Assembly (NCBI GenBank): GCA_021738625.1
Contig: JAIPBS010000005.1
Span: 51,478 to 115,477 of the forward strand
Length of the DNA: 64,000 nt
Reading direction: 5' to 3'
From: Bacteroidales bacterium
Lineage (GTDB): Bacteria > Bacteroidota > Bacteroidia > Bacteroidales > JAIOZK01
Shown here: positions 53,928 to 62,729 of the stretch, piece after piece
Position numbering within the stretch: the first letter of the stretch is position 1
Layout: every line of letters begins with the position of its first letter
Notes under the pieces: model-generated
The model's database searches: none
The model's input: only the letters and a program-made list of their open reading frames with translations
Told to the model about the DNA's origin: nothing
Made by a program: the position numbers and the translations under genes

Positions 53928-55103
53928 ATGGAATTAAAAAAAGCAGGAATCAATTCAAAGTTAGTTCATGCAGGCGAAAAAGTTGAGTGCCTGGGAAGTG
54001 CGGTTCAGCCGATCTTTCAAACTTCCACCTTTCAATTTGAGAATGCCGAACACGGAGCCCGATGCTTTTCGGGCGAGTCGGACGGATATATATACACGCG
54101 TTTGAGTAATCCGACAATAAAGGACCTCGAGAAGGCTGTTGCAGCAGTTGAAAATGGATTTGACGGTATCGCGACATCTTCCGGCATGGGAGCTATCAAT
54201 ACAGTCTATTTGGCCTATCTCGGTTCAGGAGATCACATGATCAGTACCGATGCGGTTTACGGTCCCTCACGCGGGATTATGGAAAGCCTTTATCCGAAAC
54301 TCGGTATTGAATCATCCTATATCGATACAACTGATATCCAAAAGGTGAAAGACGCCATAATGCCAAACACCAAGCTGATATATATTGAAACACCGGCCAA
54401 CCCCACCATCAGCATCACAGACATAAAAGCTGTGGCTGAGATCGGCAAAGAGGCGGGTATACCGGTTTGTGTTGACAACACCTTTTGCAGTCCCTATCTT
54501 CAAAGACCTTTGGATTTAGGCGCTGACATTGTATTGCATTCAATGACCAAATTTATCAATGGCCACGCCGATATCGTAGCCGGAATGATTGTGACCAAAA
54601 CCGGAGAAGAATACAAAAAAATCAGAGCAATTATGACCAATCTGGGTTGTAATATGGATCCTACACAGGCCTTTATGACCAGGCGCGGGTTGAAAACACT
54701 CGGCATCAGAATTGAACGTGCACAACAAAATGCAATTAAAATTGCGGAATTTCTTGAAAACCATCCCGCAGTGGCATGGGTAAAATATCCCGGCTTGAAA
54801 AGTCATCCGCAGTATGAACTTGCTAAAGTTCAGATGGACGGTCCCGGGGCCATGATGAGCTTTGGCCTCAAAGGCGGATTTGAAGCAGGTAAAAAAATGA
54901 TGGATCATGTTAAGCTGGCCTTGCTTGCCGTATCCCTCGGTGGAATTGAGACACTCATACAGCATCCCGCTTCCATGACCCATTCCAAGTTAAGTAAAGA
55001 CAGCAAAGAAGCTGCAGGTATCACAGACGAACTGGTAAGGCTTTCGGTTGGGATTGAAGAGGTGCAAGATATCATTGCAGACCTGGATCAGGCCATGAAA
55101 TAA
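53928..55103 (+). CDS. Methionine gamma-lyase-like PLP enzyme (Cys/Met metabolism family)
   Basis: 391 aa. It has GYIYTRLSNPT, and the PLP-lysine motif is HSMTKFINGHAD. The C-terminus has HPASMTHS. Assignment to gamma-lyase rather than gamma-synthase or sulfhydrylase is by resemblance only. Confidence 0.75.
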   Translation: MELKKAGINSKLVHAGEKVECLGSAVQPIFQTSTFQFENAEHGARCFSGESDGYIYTRLSNPTIKDLEKAVAAVENGFDGIATSSGMGAINTVYLAYLGSGDHMISTDAVYGPSRGIMESLYPKLGIESSYIDTTDIQKVKDAIMPNTKLIYIETPANPTISITDIKAVAEIGKEAGIPVCVDNTFCSPYLQRPLDLGADIVLHSMTKFINGHADIVAGMIVTKTGEEYKKIRAIMTNLGCNMDPTQAFMTRRGLKTLGIRIERAQQNAIKIAEFLENHPAVAWVKYPGLKSHPQYELAKVQMDGPGAMMSFGLKGGFEAGKKMMDHVKLALLAVSLGGIETLIQHPASMTHSKLSKDSKEAAGITDELVRLSVGIEEVQDIIADLDQAMK

Positions 55104-55131
55104 AATTGAAAAATAACCGAAATAAAAAAGG

Positions 55132-55163
55132 CATCCTGCGTTATTATAATGCAGGATGTTTTT
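55132..55163 (+). terminator. Rho-independent terminator after the methionine gamma-lyase-like gene
   Basis: catcctgc (55132-55139) pairs with gcaggatg (55151-55158) around an 11-nt loop and is followed by ttttt. Confidence 0.6.
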
Positions 55164-55219
55164 CGTGAGGATGTTTTTTTTAATTTTACGCAATCCGTTT
55201 GCATTGGCATAATTTCCTG

Positions 55220-57514
55220 ATGGTTATGATTTTAAGATTAGCTCTATTTTTTATTGTATCCGTGGGAAGCCTGGTTCCGGTTGCCGGTCAACGCGTAGCT
55301 CTTGTATTGAGCGGTGGCGGTTCTAAGGGAGTAGCTCATATTGGAGTGATCAAAGCACTGGAGGAAAACAAAATCCCCGTTGATTACATTGCCGGCACTT
55401 CTATGGGTGCGATCATCGGAGCCATGTATGCCAGTGGTTACAGTCCGGCGGAAATGAAGGACTTGATGACTTCGGGAGAAATTCAGAACTGGGCGTCAGG
55501 GAATATCGATGATAAATATATTTACTACTTCAAAAGAAGAAATCCGGATGCTTCCATGATCAGCATCCCATTTAATATCAAGAAAAAATTTGTTCCCAAT
55601 CTTCCCGCCAATATTGTTTCACCGATACAGATGGATTTTGAACTGATAGAATACCTCTCTGGTTCCGTTGCGGTTGCCGATTACAACTTCGATAGTTTGT
55701 TTGTGCCATTTCGATGTGTTGCCGCCGATATCGATTCAAATAAATTCGTTGAATTGAAAAGAGGTCAATTGTCAAGCGCGGTAAGGGCCTCAATGACCTA
55801 TCCGTTTTATTTTCGACCGATTGAAATTGATGGGGTTCTATTGTTCGATGGTGGTATGTATAATAATTTTCCTGTTGATGTTGCTATCCGGGATTTCGAT
55901 CCGGATGTGATCATTGGTAGCAAAGCGGCCGGTAATTATGATTCTCCAACGAAAGACGATATTATTTCTCAGCTTCAGAATATGCTGATGGAGAATACTG
56001 ATTATAGTTTGAGAGAACACAAAGGAGTATTGATCAACCCGGATTTACCATCAACCAATGTAATTGATTTTAGCAGGGCAGAGATTTTTATCGATAGTGG
56101 TTACATTGCTACCCTGCAAAAGATTGATGAAATCAAATCTATTGTGAATCGCCGGATTGATCCTGAAGAATTACAGCAAAGGAGAGCGGCTTTCAAAGAA
56201 AAAGAACCGGCCCCCATCATTGATTCCATTTATATTTATGGCCTAAACAACCGTCAAAGTGATTATTTCAGACGTGAATTGATGAATAAGAGAAAACTTG
56301 TTACCCTGGAAGAACTTAAACAGGAGTACTTTAAGTTGATCGCCGATGAACACGTTGATTTTATTTATCCCCAACTTTATTACAACAAAAAAACAGGTTT
56401 TTATGACCTCTATCTGGATGTGAGCCTGTCGGAACAATTTACAGCCAGGTTTGGAGGGAACATTTCGTCGGTTGCCGTGAATGAAGCTTTTGTCGGGCTT
56501 CAGTACAATTTTCTGGGTAAAAACGCAACAACCTTGCTGACCAACGCTTATTTCGGCAGATTTTACAGTTCCTTTAAACTTAATGGTCGTTTTGATTTTG
56601 CTTCCATCATACCATTTTTTCTTGAGCTTGATATGACCTATAATCATTACGATTATTTCAAAAACACCACCTACTTTTTTGAAGATAAGGAACCTTCTTT
56701 TTTAGTACAGAATGAGAATTACACGAGTATGGCCTTCGGTTTTCCTGCTACCAATAAAGGAAAACTGATGATGGGTGCAAGTGTGGGACGGATCAAAAGC
56801 GAGTATTATCAGATGAACAACTTTAGCCGCACCGATACAGCAGATAACACCTATTTTAACCTGATCACACCATATATCACTTACGAACTAAACTCACTAA
56901 ACCGTAAACAGTTTGCGACCGCGGGTGCCAGATTTTTACTTTCTACACGCTACGTTTCGGGCAAAGAAAGGAATATTCCCGGTTCAACCGGTCTGCAGAG
57001 CGGCGAATATGAAAGTTTTCACGATTATTTCAGTTTAAGGATGATCTGGGAAAACTATTTTTATTCAAGAGGGCACTACACGCTTGGTGTTTATAGTCAT
57101 GTTTATATCTCCAATCAGAAACTTTTTAATAATTATACTTCAAGTATTCTTTCCGCCCAGGCCTTTCAGCCATTTCCTGAAAGTAAAACCCTGTTTCTTC
57201 CCAATTACCGGGCGCATAATTTTGCCGGCTTGGGTTTGGTGAATATTATACATGTGTTTAATAATTTCAACTTCAGGATAGGAGGCTATGTGATGCAACC
57301 ATACAGGCAAATCATGCAGGATCTGGAAACCAGGAAAGCATATTATGGGAATTCGTTTGCTACAAGAGCTTATATCGGATCCGCTGCAGTTGTTTATCAC
57401 ACACCCATTGGCCCTATAAGCCTGAGTTTTAATTATTACGACAGAACGCATGATAAGTTGTCCTTTATTCTGAATTTCGGATACATCCTCTTCAATGGTT
57501 CTGTTTTGGAATAA
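55220..57514 (+). CDS. Patatin-like phospholipase fused to an Omp85-type beta-barrel (PlpD/FplA-like, type Vd autotransporter architecture)
   Basis: The track ORF starts at a TTG at 55199. The ATG at 55220 gives MVMILRLALFFIVSVGSLVPVAGQ, a signal peptide. The patatin motifs are SGGGSKGVAHIG (oxyanion), GTSMGA (GxSxG) and LFDGGMYNNFP (catalytic Asp). The C-terminal 400 aa or so have alternating beta-strand patterns. Confidence 0.8.
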   Translation: MVMILRLALFFIVSVGSLVPVAGQRVALVLSGGGSKGVAHIGVIKALEENKIPVDYIAGTSMGAIIGAMYASGYSPAEMKDLMTSGEIQNWASGNIDDKYIYYFKRRNPDASMISIPFNIKKKFVPNLPANIVSPIQMDFELIEYLSGSVAVADYNFDSLFVPFRCVAADIDSNKFVELKRGQLSSAVRASMTYPFYFRPIEIDGVLLFDGGMYNNFPVDVAIRDFDPDVIIGSKAAGNYDSPTKDDIISQLQNMLMENTDYSLREHKGVLINPDLPSTNVIDFSRAEIFIDSGYIATLQKIDEIKSIVNRRIDPEELQQRRAAFKEKEPAPIIDSIYIYGLNNRQSDYFRRELMNKRKLVTLEELKQEYFKLIADEHVDFIYPQLYYNKKTGFYDLYLDVSLSEQFTARFGGNISSVAVNEAFVGLQYNFLGKNATTLLTNAYFGRFYSSFKLNGRFDFASIIPFFLELDMTYNHYDYFKNTTYFFEDKEPSFLVQNENYTSMAFGFPATNKGKLMMGASVGRIKSEYYQMNNFSRTDTADNTYFNLITPYITYELNSLNRKQFATAGARFLLSTRYVSGKERNIPGSTGLQSGEYESFHDYFSLRMIWENYFYSRGHYTLGVYSHVYISNQKLFNNYTSSILSAQAFQPFPESKTLFLPNYRAHNFAGLGLVNIIHVFNNFNFRIGGYVMQPYRQIMQDLETRKAYYGNSFATRAYIGSAAVVYHTPIGPISLSFNYYDRTHDKLSFILNFGYILFNGSVLE

Positions 57515-57617
57515 TTTATGGTCATGTCGATTGAGCCGTTTTATAATCCACTTGATGCCTGTATGTTGGCATTTTGATAATACCTGAATAAAAATTTCCT
57601 CTTCTTTAAAATATTTC

Positions 57618-57625
57618 TAATTTTG
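57618..57625 (+). promoter_or_regulatory. Bacteroidota-type -7 box (TAATTTTG) 155 nt upstream of the DUF349 gene
   Basis: Exact TAnnTTTG match. It is followed immediately by a perfect 8-bp hairpin, gtcctttt-agat-aaaaggac (57629-57648). Confidence 0.3.
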
Positions 57626-57780
57626 CAGTCCTTTTAGATAAAAGGACAAGCGAAATAACAGCAACATATGCTGAACCCAGAAATTCAATACAGACATTTT
57701 TTAACACAACAGCTTAATCATAATCCTTTGCTGGTTGGTATAACCTGCATGGGAGGAGAATTCCATTACAATTAAATCTT

Positions 57781-60012
57781 ATGACAATGAGTGAAGAAAG
57801 AACCTCCAAACCTGCATTAGAACAGGACGATAAAGAAAAAAAGACCAAAGAAAAAAAACAGGGACAAACAAGGGATGAAAGCCAGACTGGCAACAGTCCG
57901 GTAAGTGATGAACCTCAGGTTGAGGCAACAGGAAAGGAAACCGCCGGATCATCCGAAATAGTTGAAGAACCAGCTACCTCCGTTGAAAACAAGACAGAAC
58001 TCTCCGCAGGAGAAGAAAAGGCCGGGGATGTGTCGCCCGGTGCATCGTCCCCTGAGCAGTCTGATAAGAAAAAAAGTAAAGATGATGAGCCGGCGGCAAA
58101 ACCGTTGAATAAAGAAAAAGATAATGAAGCTGTAAAAGAGAAAGAAAAGGGTGAAATAAAAGAGGAGAAAGAGGAGAAGCAACCGGTTAGCGAAACTGCG
58201 AAATCTGAAGAAACGGATTCCGGTGATTCCGCAGAGACAGAAATAGATGAGGATGAAGTTGCAGAAGAAGATGATGATGATTTGGAGGGAGATGATCTGC
58301 AGGAAAAATATGATAAGCTGAACAGGCAGGAACTTGTTAGTTTGATGGAAGAAACCGTTAAAGAAACAGATGTCTCAAAGATAAAAACCAAGGTAGCCCT
58401 GATAAAAGTTGCCTTTTTAAAAACCACCAAAGAAGAGCAGCATACGGATCTTGAGAAATCCATGTCTGATGAAAGCCTCGAGGCAAAACCGGATGATGAT
58501 CCCTTGCAGGAGCGCTTCAATCTTGCCTTTGGCGTTTACAAACAAAACAAAATTGCCTATCAGGCTGAACAGGAAAAGAATAAGAAGAAAAACCTGGACG
58601 CCAAATTACAAATCCTCGAAGAACTCAAAGAACTGATCAACTCAGAGGAAACCCTAAAAAAGACCTATGACGAATTTAGGGTCCTTCAGGATAGATGGAA
58701 AGAAACCGGAATGGTGCCACGCAGCGAAGTGAACAATCTTTGGCAAAGCTATCATTTCCTGGTTGAGAAGTTTTTTGATAAGGTTAAGATCAACAAAGAG
58801 TTGCGTGATCTGGACCTGAAAAAAAATCTTGAAAAAAAGATAGAGCTTTGTGAGCAGGCTGAAGAATTGCTACTGGAAACTTCTATCATAAAATCCTTCA
58901 AGCAATTACAAAAATTGCATGAGCAATACAAAGAGATCGGTCCCGTACCTGCGGATAAGAAAGATGAAGTTTGGGAACGATTTAAAATGGCTACCGATAA
59001 AATCAACCAGCGCAGACGGGAGCATTACAGCAAGTTGGCGGAGCAACAAAATAGCAATTATGAGGCCAAGCTGGCTCTTTGTGAAAAAGCCGAGGAAGTT
59101 TTGAGCCGGAAGAACGATACCATGAAGGAATGGCAGAAAAATACCAACAGTATGAACGAGCTCTTCAAGGTTTGGAGAACTATCGGACCGGCCCCCAAGA
59201 AATCCAATGATGAAATCTGGAAACGTTTCAAATCATCTTTGAACGTATTTTTTGAGAACCGCCGCGAATACTTCAATAAACTGAAAGAAGAACAACTTAA
59301 CAATTATAATCTTAAGCTCGATCTTTGCACCCAGGCAGAAGCGCTTCAGGATAGCACCGATTGGCGTAAAACCACGGATGACCTGATCCGACTGCAAAAG
59401 GACTGGAAGAAAATCGGCCCGGTTCCGCGCAAATATTCCGATAAAATATGGAAACGCTTCAGGACGGCCAACGATTATTTTTTCAACAAAAAATCGGAAT
59501 ATTTTGCCCATATCCATGAACATGAAGCTGATAACCTGAATGCCAAAAAGGAGCTTATTCAAAAAGTGAAAGACTTTGAATTTGGTGATGATAAAAATAA
59601 AAATCTAAATGTGATCAAGGATTTCCAGCGGCAATGGATGGAAATTGGCCATGTGCCGATAAAAGAGAAAGACAGCATTCAGGATGAGTTCAGGAAAACC
59701 GTCGATGCCGAGCTTGAGAAACTTAAGATCAGCGCTGTGGAGATCAGTACCCTGAATTACAAGGCAAAAGTGGACGCCATTAAAGAAGTGCCTAATTCAA
59801 AGCGCAATCTGGCTCGCGAACGCAATTACCTGAGCAACCGAATTGGGAAGCTCAAAGAAGATGTCATCCTCTGGGAAAACAATGTGGGTTTTCTGGCGGA
59901 CAGTAAAAAGGCAGATGTGCTGAAAAAAGAATTCAACAAAAAAATTGAAAAGGCCAAACAGGATATTAAGATCATGGAGGCTAAACTAAAGTACTTGAAT
60001 ACGCAGGCATAG
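57781..60012 (+). CDS. DUF349 repeat protein with an acidic, low-complexity N-terminal region
   Basis: 743 aa. The first 180 aa or so are E/K/D/S-rich. Five DUF349-type repeats follow, for example WKETGMVPRSEVNNLWQSYHFLVEKFF, WRTIGPAPKKSNDEIWKRFKSSLNVFF and WKKIGPVPRKYSDKIWKRFRTANDYFF. Confidence 0.75.
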   Translation: MTMSEERTSKPALEQDDKEKKTKEKKQGQTRDESQTGNSPVSDEPQVEATGKETAGSSEIVEEPATSVENKTELSAGEEKAGDVSPGASSPEQSDKKKSKDDEPAAKPLNKEKDNEAVKEKEKGEIKEEKEEKQPVSETAKSEETDSGDSAETEIDEDEVAEEDDDDLEGDDLQEKYDKLNRQELVSLMEETVKETDVSKIKTKVALIKVAFLKTTKEEQHTDLEKSMSDESLEAKPDDDPLQERFNLAFGVYKQNKIAYQAEQEKNKKKNLDAKLQILEELKELINSEETLKKTYDEFRVLQDRWKETGMVPRSEVNNLWQSYHFLVEKFFDKVKINKELRDLDLKKNLEKKIELCEQAEELLLETSIIKSFKQLQKLHEQYKEIGPVPADKKDEVWERFKMATDKINQRRREHYSKLAEQQNSNYEAKLALCEKAEEVLSRKNDTMKEWQKNTNSMNELFKVWRTIGPAPKKSNDEIWKRFKSSLNVFFENRREYFNKLKEEQLNNYNLKLDLCTQAEALQDSTDWRKTTDDLIRLQKDWKKIGPVPRKYSDKIWKRFRTANDYFFNKKSEYFAHIHEHEADNLNAKKELIQKVKDFEFGDDKNKNLNVIKDFQRQWMEIGHVPIKEKDSIQDEFRKTVDAELEKLKISAVEISTLNYKAKVDAIKEVPNSKRNLARERNYLSNRIGKLKEDVILWENNVGFLADSKKADVLKKEFNKKIEKAKQDIKIMEAKLKYLNTQA

Positions 60013-60034
60013 CAAAGCAGTTTTCAAAAAAATC

Positions 60035-60067
60035 AAAACCGGTCTATCCAATAAAGGCCGGGTTTTT
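60035..60067. terminator. Candidate bidirectional terminator between the convergent DUF349 and small membrane protein genes
   Basis: aaaaccggtc (60035-60044) pairs with ggccgggtttt (60056-60066) with one bulged G. T-runs follow on both strands. Confidence 0.4.
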
Positions 60068-60314
60068 ATCTGCCTGAACGATATCTGTTCCTGACCAATA
60101 AAAAAAAACCCAGCAGGATGGGTACTGCGATCAGGGCGACCGTAGCTCCGATGTTCAACAGTTCCTGCAATGGACTTTCCTGTATATAATTTTGCGATGG
60201 ATAAAAATCGATCAGGCCTTCAAAAACAGCACGTGCAAGCATAAAAACACCAGCTGAGATAAAAAGTATCCCTAAGATTTTTCTAATCATTTTCATAAAA
60301 AATAATGGCTTCAA
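60066..60314 (-). CDS. Small two-TM membrane protein
   Basis: 82 aa with two hydrophobic helices (ILGILFISAGVFMLA and ATVALIAVPILLGFFLLV). It is 9 nt downstream of trmD. No family was recognised. Confidence 0.45.
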   Translation of the reverse strand: MKPLFFMKMIRKILGILFISAGVFMLARAVFEGLIDFYPSQNYIQESPLQELLNIGATVALIAVPILLGFFLLVRNRYRSGR

Positions 60315-60323
60315 AGACCATAC

Positions 60324-61004
60324 CTATTGATCTTTAAGCATTCCGGGCCGGCGTTCTTCGGTTCTTTTCACGGCTTGTTCATGCCGCCATTCATCTATTT
60401 TCTTATCATTCCCCGAGAGAAGAATTTCGGGTACTTCATATCCTTTGTAATTTCTGGGCCTTGTATAAACCGGAGGAGAAACCAGATTGTTCTGAAATGA
60501 ATCCGACAGGGCGGAAGTTTCATCACTGAGTACACCCGGCAAAAGCCTTACGATGCAGTCGGTAAGCACGGCTGCCGCGAGCTCTCCCCCGGAAAGAACA
60601 TAGTTTCCTATGGATACCTCTTTGGTTATAAGTTGCTTTCTTATTCTTTCATCAATGCCTTTATAGTGACCACATAGCAAGATAAGGTTTTTGCTGAGGG
60701 AGAGGCGGTTAGCCATGGGCTGGTTGAGCAAGTTTCCGTCGGGGCTCAGGTAAATGACATCATCATAATTATGTTTCGCCTTTAAGATACTGATGCATCG
60801 GTCAACCGGTTCAATCATCATAACCATTCCCGCACCACCGCCATATGCGTAGTCATCCACACTTCTGTGTTTATCTGTTGTGTGATCACGAAGATCATGT
60901 AAAAAAATTTCCACACGTTTTTTATCAACAGCTCTTTTAACGATGGAATGAGAAAAGGGACCTTCAAACATTTGTGGAAATATCGTGATAATGTCGATGC
61001 GCAT
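60324..61004 (-). CDS. trmD: tRNA (guanine37-N1)-methyltransferase TrmD
   Basis: 226 aa. [43 protein letters not shown] and [14 protein letters not shown] are canonical TrmD motifs. Confidence 0.95.
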   Translation of the reverse strand: MRIDIITIFPQMFEGPFSHSIVKRAVDKKRVEIFLHDLRDHTTDKHRSVDDYAYGGGAGMVMMIEPVDRCISILKAKHNYDDVIYLSPDGNLLNQPMANRLSLSKNLILLCGHYKGIDERIRKQLITKEVSIGNYVLSGGELAAAVLTDCIVRLLPGVLSDETSALSDSFQNNLVSPPVYTRPRNYKGYEVPEILLSGNDKKIDEWRHEQAVKRTEERRPGMLKDQ

Positions 61005-61144
61005 AAAATGAAAGATTTCAACAAAACTACGAATTGTTCATCAATAAACTGTTAAAAGCCGGAGCTTGCCCGATAATGTATCTTTGATAAAATGCAGGTT
61101 TATAAGCAATTGCTCAGAAGAAAAGAAAGCTGCTGATAGCATCC

Positions 61145-62503
61145 TTAAGCCATCCAAACCGTTTTAACATTCACAAACTCCCTGATGCCAAACTGGCTGA
61201 GTTCCCTGCCATAGCCCGATTTCTTAATTCCTCCGAAAGGTAAGCGTGGATCAGATTTTACAAGGCCATTGATGAAAACAGAGCCGGCTTTTATATCTCT
61301 AGCCAGTTGTTGGGCTTTCTGCCGGTCACTGGTCCACAGGCTGGCACCCAGGCCAAAACTGCTGTGGTTGGCAAGTTCTATGGCATGCTTCTCACTTTTG
61401 GCCCGTACAAGTGGCATAACCGGTCCGAAGGTTTCTTCTTTGAAAACCGTCATATCAGGTTCCACATTAATCATAAGTGCCGGTTCATAGAAATTACCGC
61501 TCTCCCCGGCTTTTCTTCCACCACTTAACAATTCAGCTCCCGCTTCAACCGATTCATTCACCTGCCGTTCAATATCATCCACCAAATCTGGACGGGCCAG
61601 GGGCGCAACGGTGGTTGATTCTTTCATAGGATCGCCGCAGCCAAGTTTCTGAAACAAAGCTTTTGTTCGCTCAAGAAATTCATCGTAAATGTCTTTTTCC
61701 AGAATAAATCTCTTGGCTGCAATACAGCTTTGCCCCGCATTGATCATTCTTGCTTTTACAGCTGTTTCCGTTGCTTTTTCCAGGTTGGCATCCTTTAATA
61801 CAACAAATGGATCCGAGCCACCCAGTTCGAGCACTTGTTTTTTGATCTCATGACCTGCCTGCTCCGCTACCTTGCTTCCTGCAAGTTCACTGCCGGTCAG
61901 CGTGACGGCTTTTACCAGTTTGTTTCGGATAACCGTCTGAACCATGGCAGAAGGTATCAGAAAAGTTGTGAAAATATTCTGAGGAAAACCCGCCTCGACG
62001 AATATTTCCTCAATAGCAAGGGCGCAACCAGGTACGTTGGAAGCATGTTTTAGCAGGGCGGTATTGCCTGCGATCAAAGCAGGTGCTGCAAAACGAAACA
62101 CCTGCCAAAATGGGAAATTCCAGGGCATTACAGCCAGGACCACACCAAGAGGCTCAAAACCGACAAAGCTTTTTGATGCATCGGTTTCAATGATTTCATC
62201 CTCCAGATGGGAGGGTGCATGATCGGCATAATACTCACATACCCAGGCGCATTTTTCGATCTCAGCAACCGATTCGCCAATAAGTTTGCCCATTTCAAGG
62301 GTGATCAATTGACCGAGCCCGTCTTTTTTGTTGCGTAGCACCTTAGCGACATTTCGCATCAATTCGCAGCGTTCTTTTATGCTGCGTTTGCTCCAATCGC
62401 CGAAGGCCAAAGCGGATGAACGAATTTTATCATCGAGTTCTGTAAAGGTGTGTTTCTTATATTCTCTGATTATCTTGTTATTGTATGGATTGATGCTTTT
62501 CAT
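61145..62503 (-). CDS. NAD(P)-dependent aldehyde dehydrogenase, succinate-semialdehyde dehydrogenase-like
   Basis: 452 aa. ALDH motifs are FPFWQV, KHASNVPG, LELGGSDP, the catalytic Cys in GQSCIAAKR and EETFGPV. Confidence 0.85.
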   Translation of the reverse strand: MKSINPYNNKIIREYKKHTFTELDDKIRSSALAFGDWSKRSIKERCELMRNVAKVLRNKKDGLGQLITLEMGKLIGESVAEIEKCAWVCEYYADHAPSHLEDEIIETDASKSFVGFEPLGVVLAVMPWNFPFWQVFRFAAPALIAGNTALLKHASNVPGCALAIEEIFVEAGFPQNIFTTFLIPSAMVQTVIRNKLVKAVTLTGSELAGSKVAEQAGHEIKKQVLELGGSDPFVVLKDANLEKATETAVKARMINAGQSCIAAKRFILEKDIYDEFLERTKALFQKLGCGDPMKESTTVAPLARPDLVDDIERQVNESVEAGAELLSGGRKAGESGNFYEPALMINVEPDMTVFKEETFGPVMPLVRAKSEKHAIELANHSSFGLGASLWTSDRQKAQQLARDIKAGSVFINGLVKSDPRLPFGGIKKSGYGRELSQFGIREFVNVKTVWMA

Positions 62504-62729
62504 AGTTGGTTTGTTTTTTTGTTTTACTAAGTTACAAAAATATGCGGATGGAAATTAACTCTGATCAAAAGTATCTTTTTATATGTCTGCAATTCAGTAT
62601 GATTATAGCTGAAATGTTGGGGTTTACCGGGCATGAAATTTTATCAACTGTGTTAACTTGATAAACATATCTCAAACTAAGCTGTTTTATTTATAAATTC
62701 GCAATCATTAACTAATTAACGAAAACAAC

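Noticed and set aside
53570-53986. 138-aa plus-strand ORF bridging the DUF134 gene and the start of the gamma-lyase-like gene, plus the antisense ORFs at 53248-53607 and 53617-53922.
   Set aside because: They are out of frame or antisense relative to the DUF134 gene, whose family motifs are clear. The bridging ORF would destroy the well-defined ATG and N-terminus of the PLP enzyme.
57781-58330. An apparent repetitive DNA tract (aaagaaaa and gaagaag runs) that might have been a tandem repeat or array.
   Set aside because: It is coding low-complexity sequence for a Lys/Glu/Asp-rich region, without a fixed repeat period or spacer structure. It is not CRISPR-like and not a VNTR.
57915-58520. 201-aa Ser-rich ORF on the minus strand, plus a 77-aa ORF at 57949-58182.
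   Set aside because: It lies entirely antisense to the Glu/Lys-rich low-complexity N-terminus of the DUF349 gene. GAA/AAG-rich sense codons automatically give open TTC/CTT-rich antisense frames. It has no independent start context or recognisable motifs, so it is a shadow ORF.
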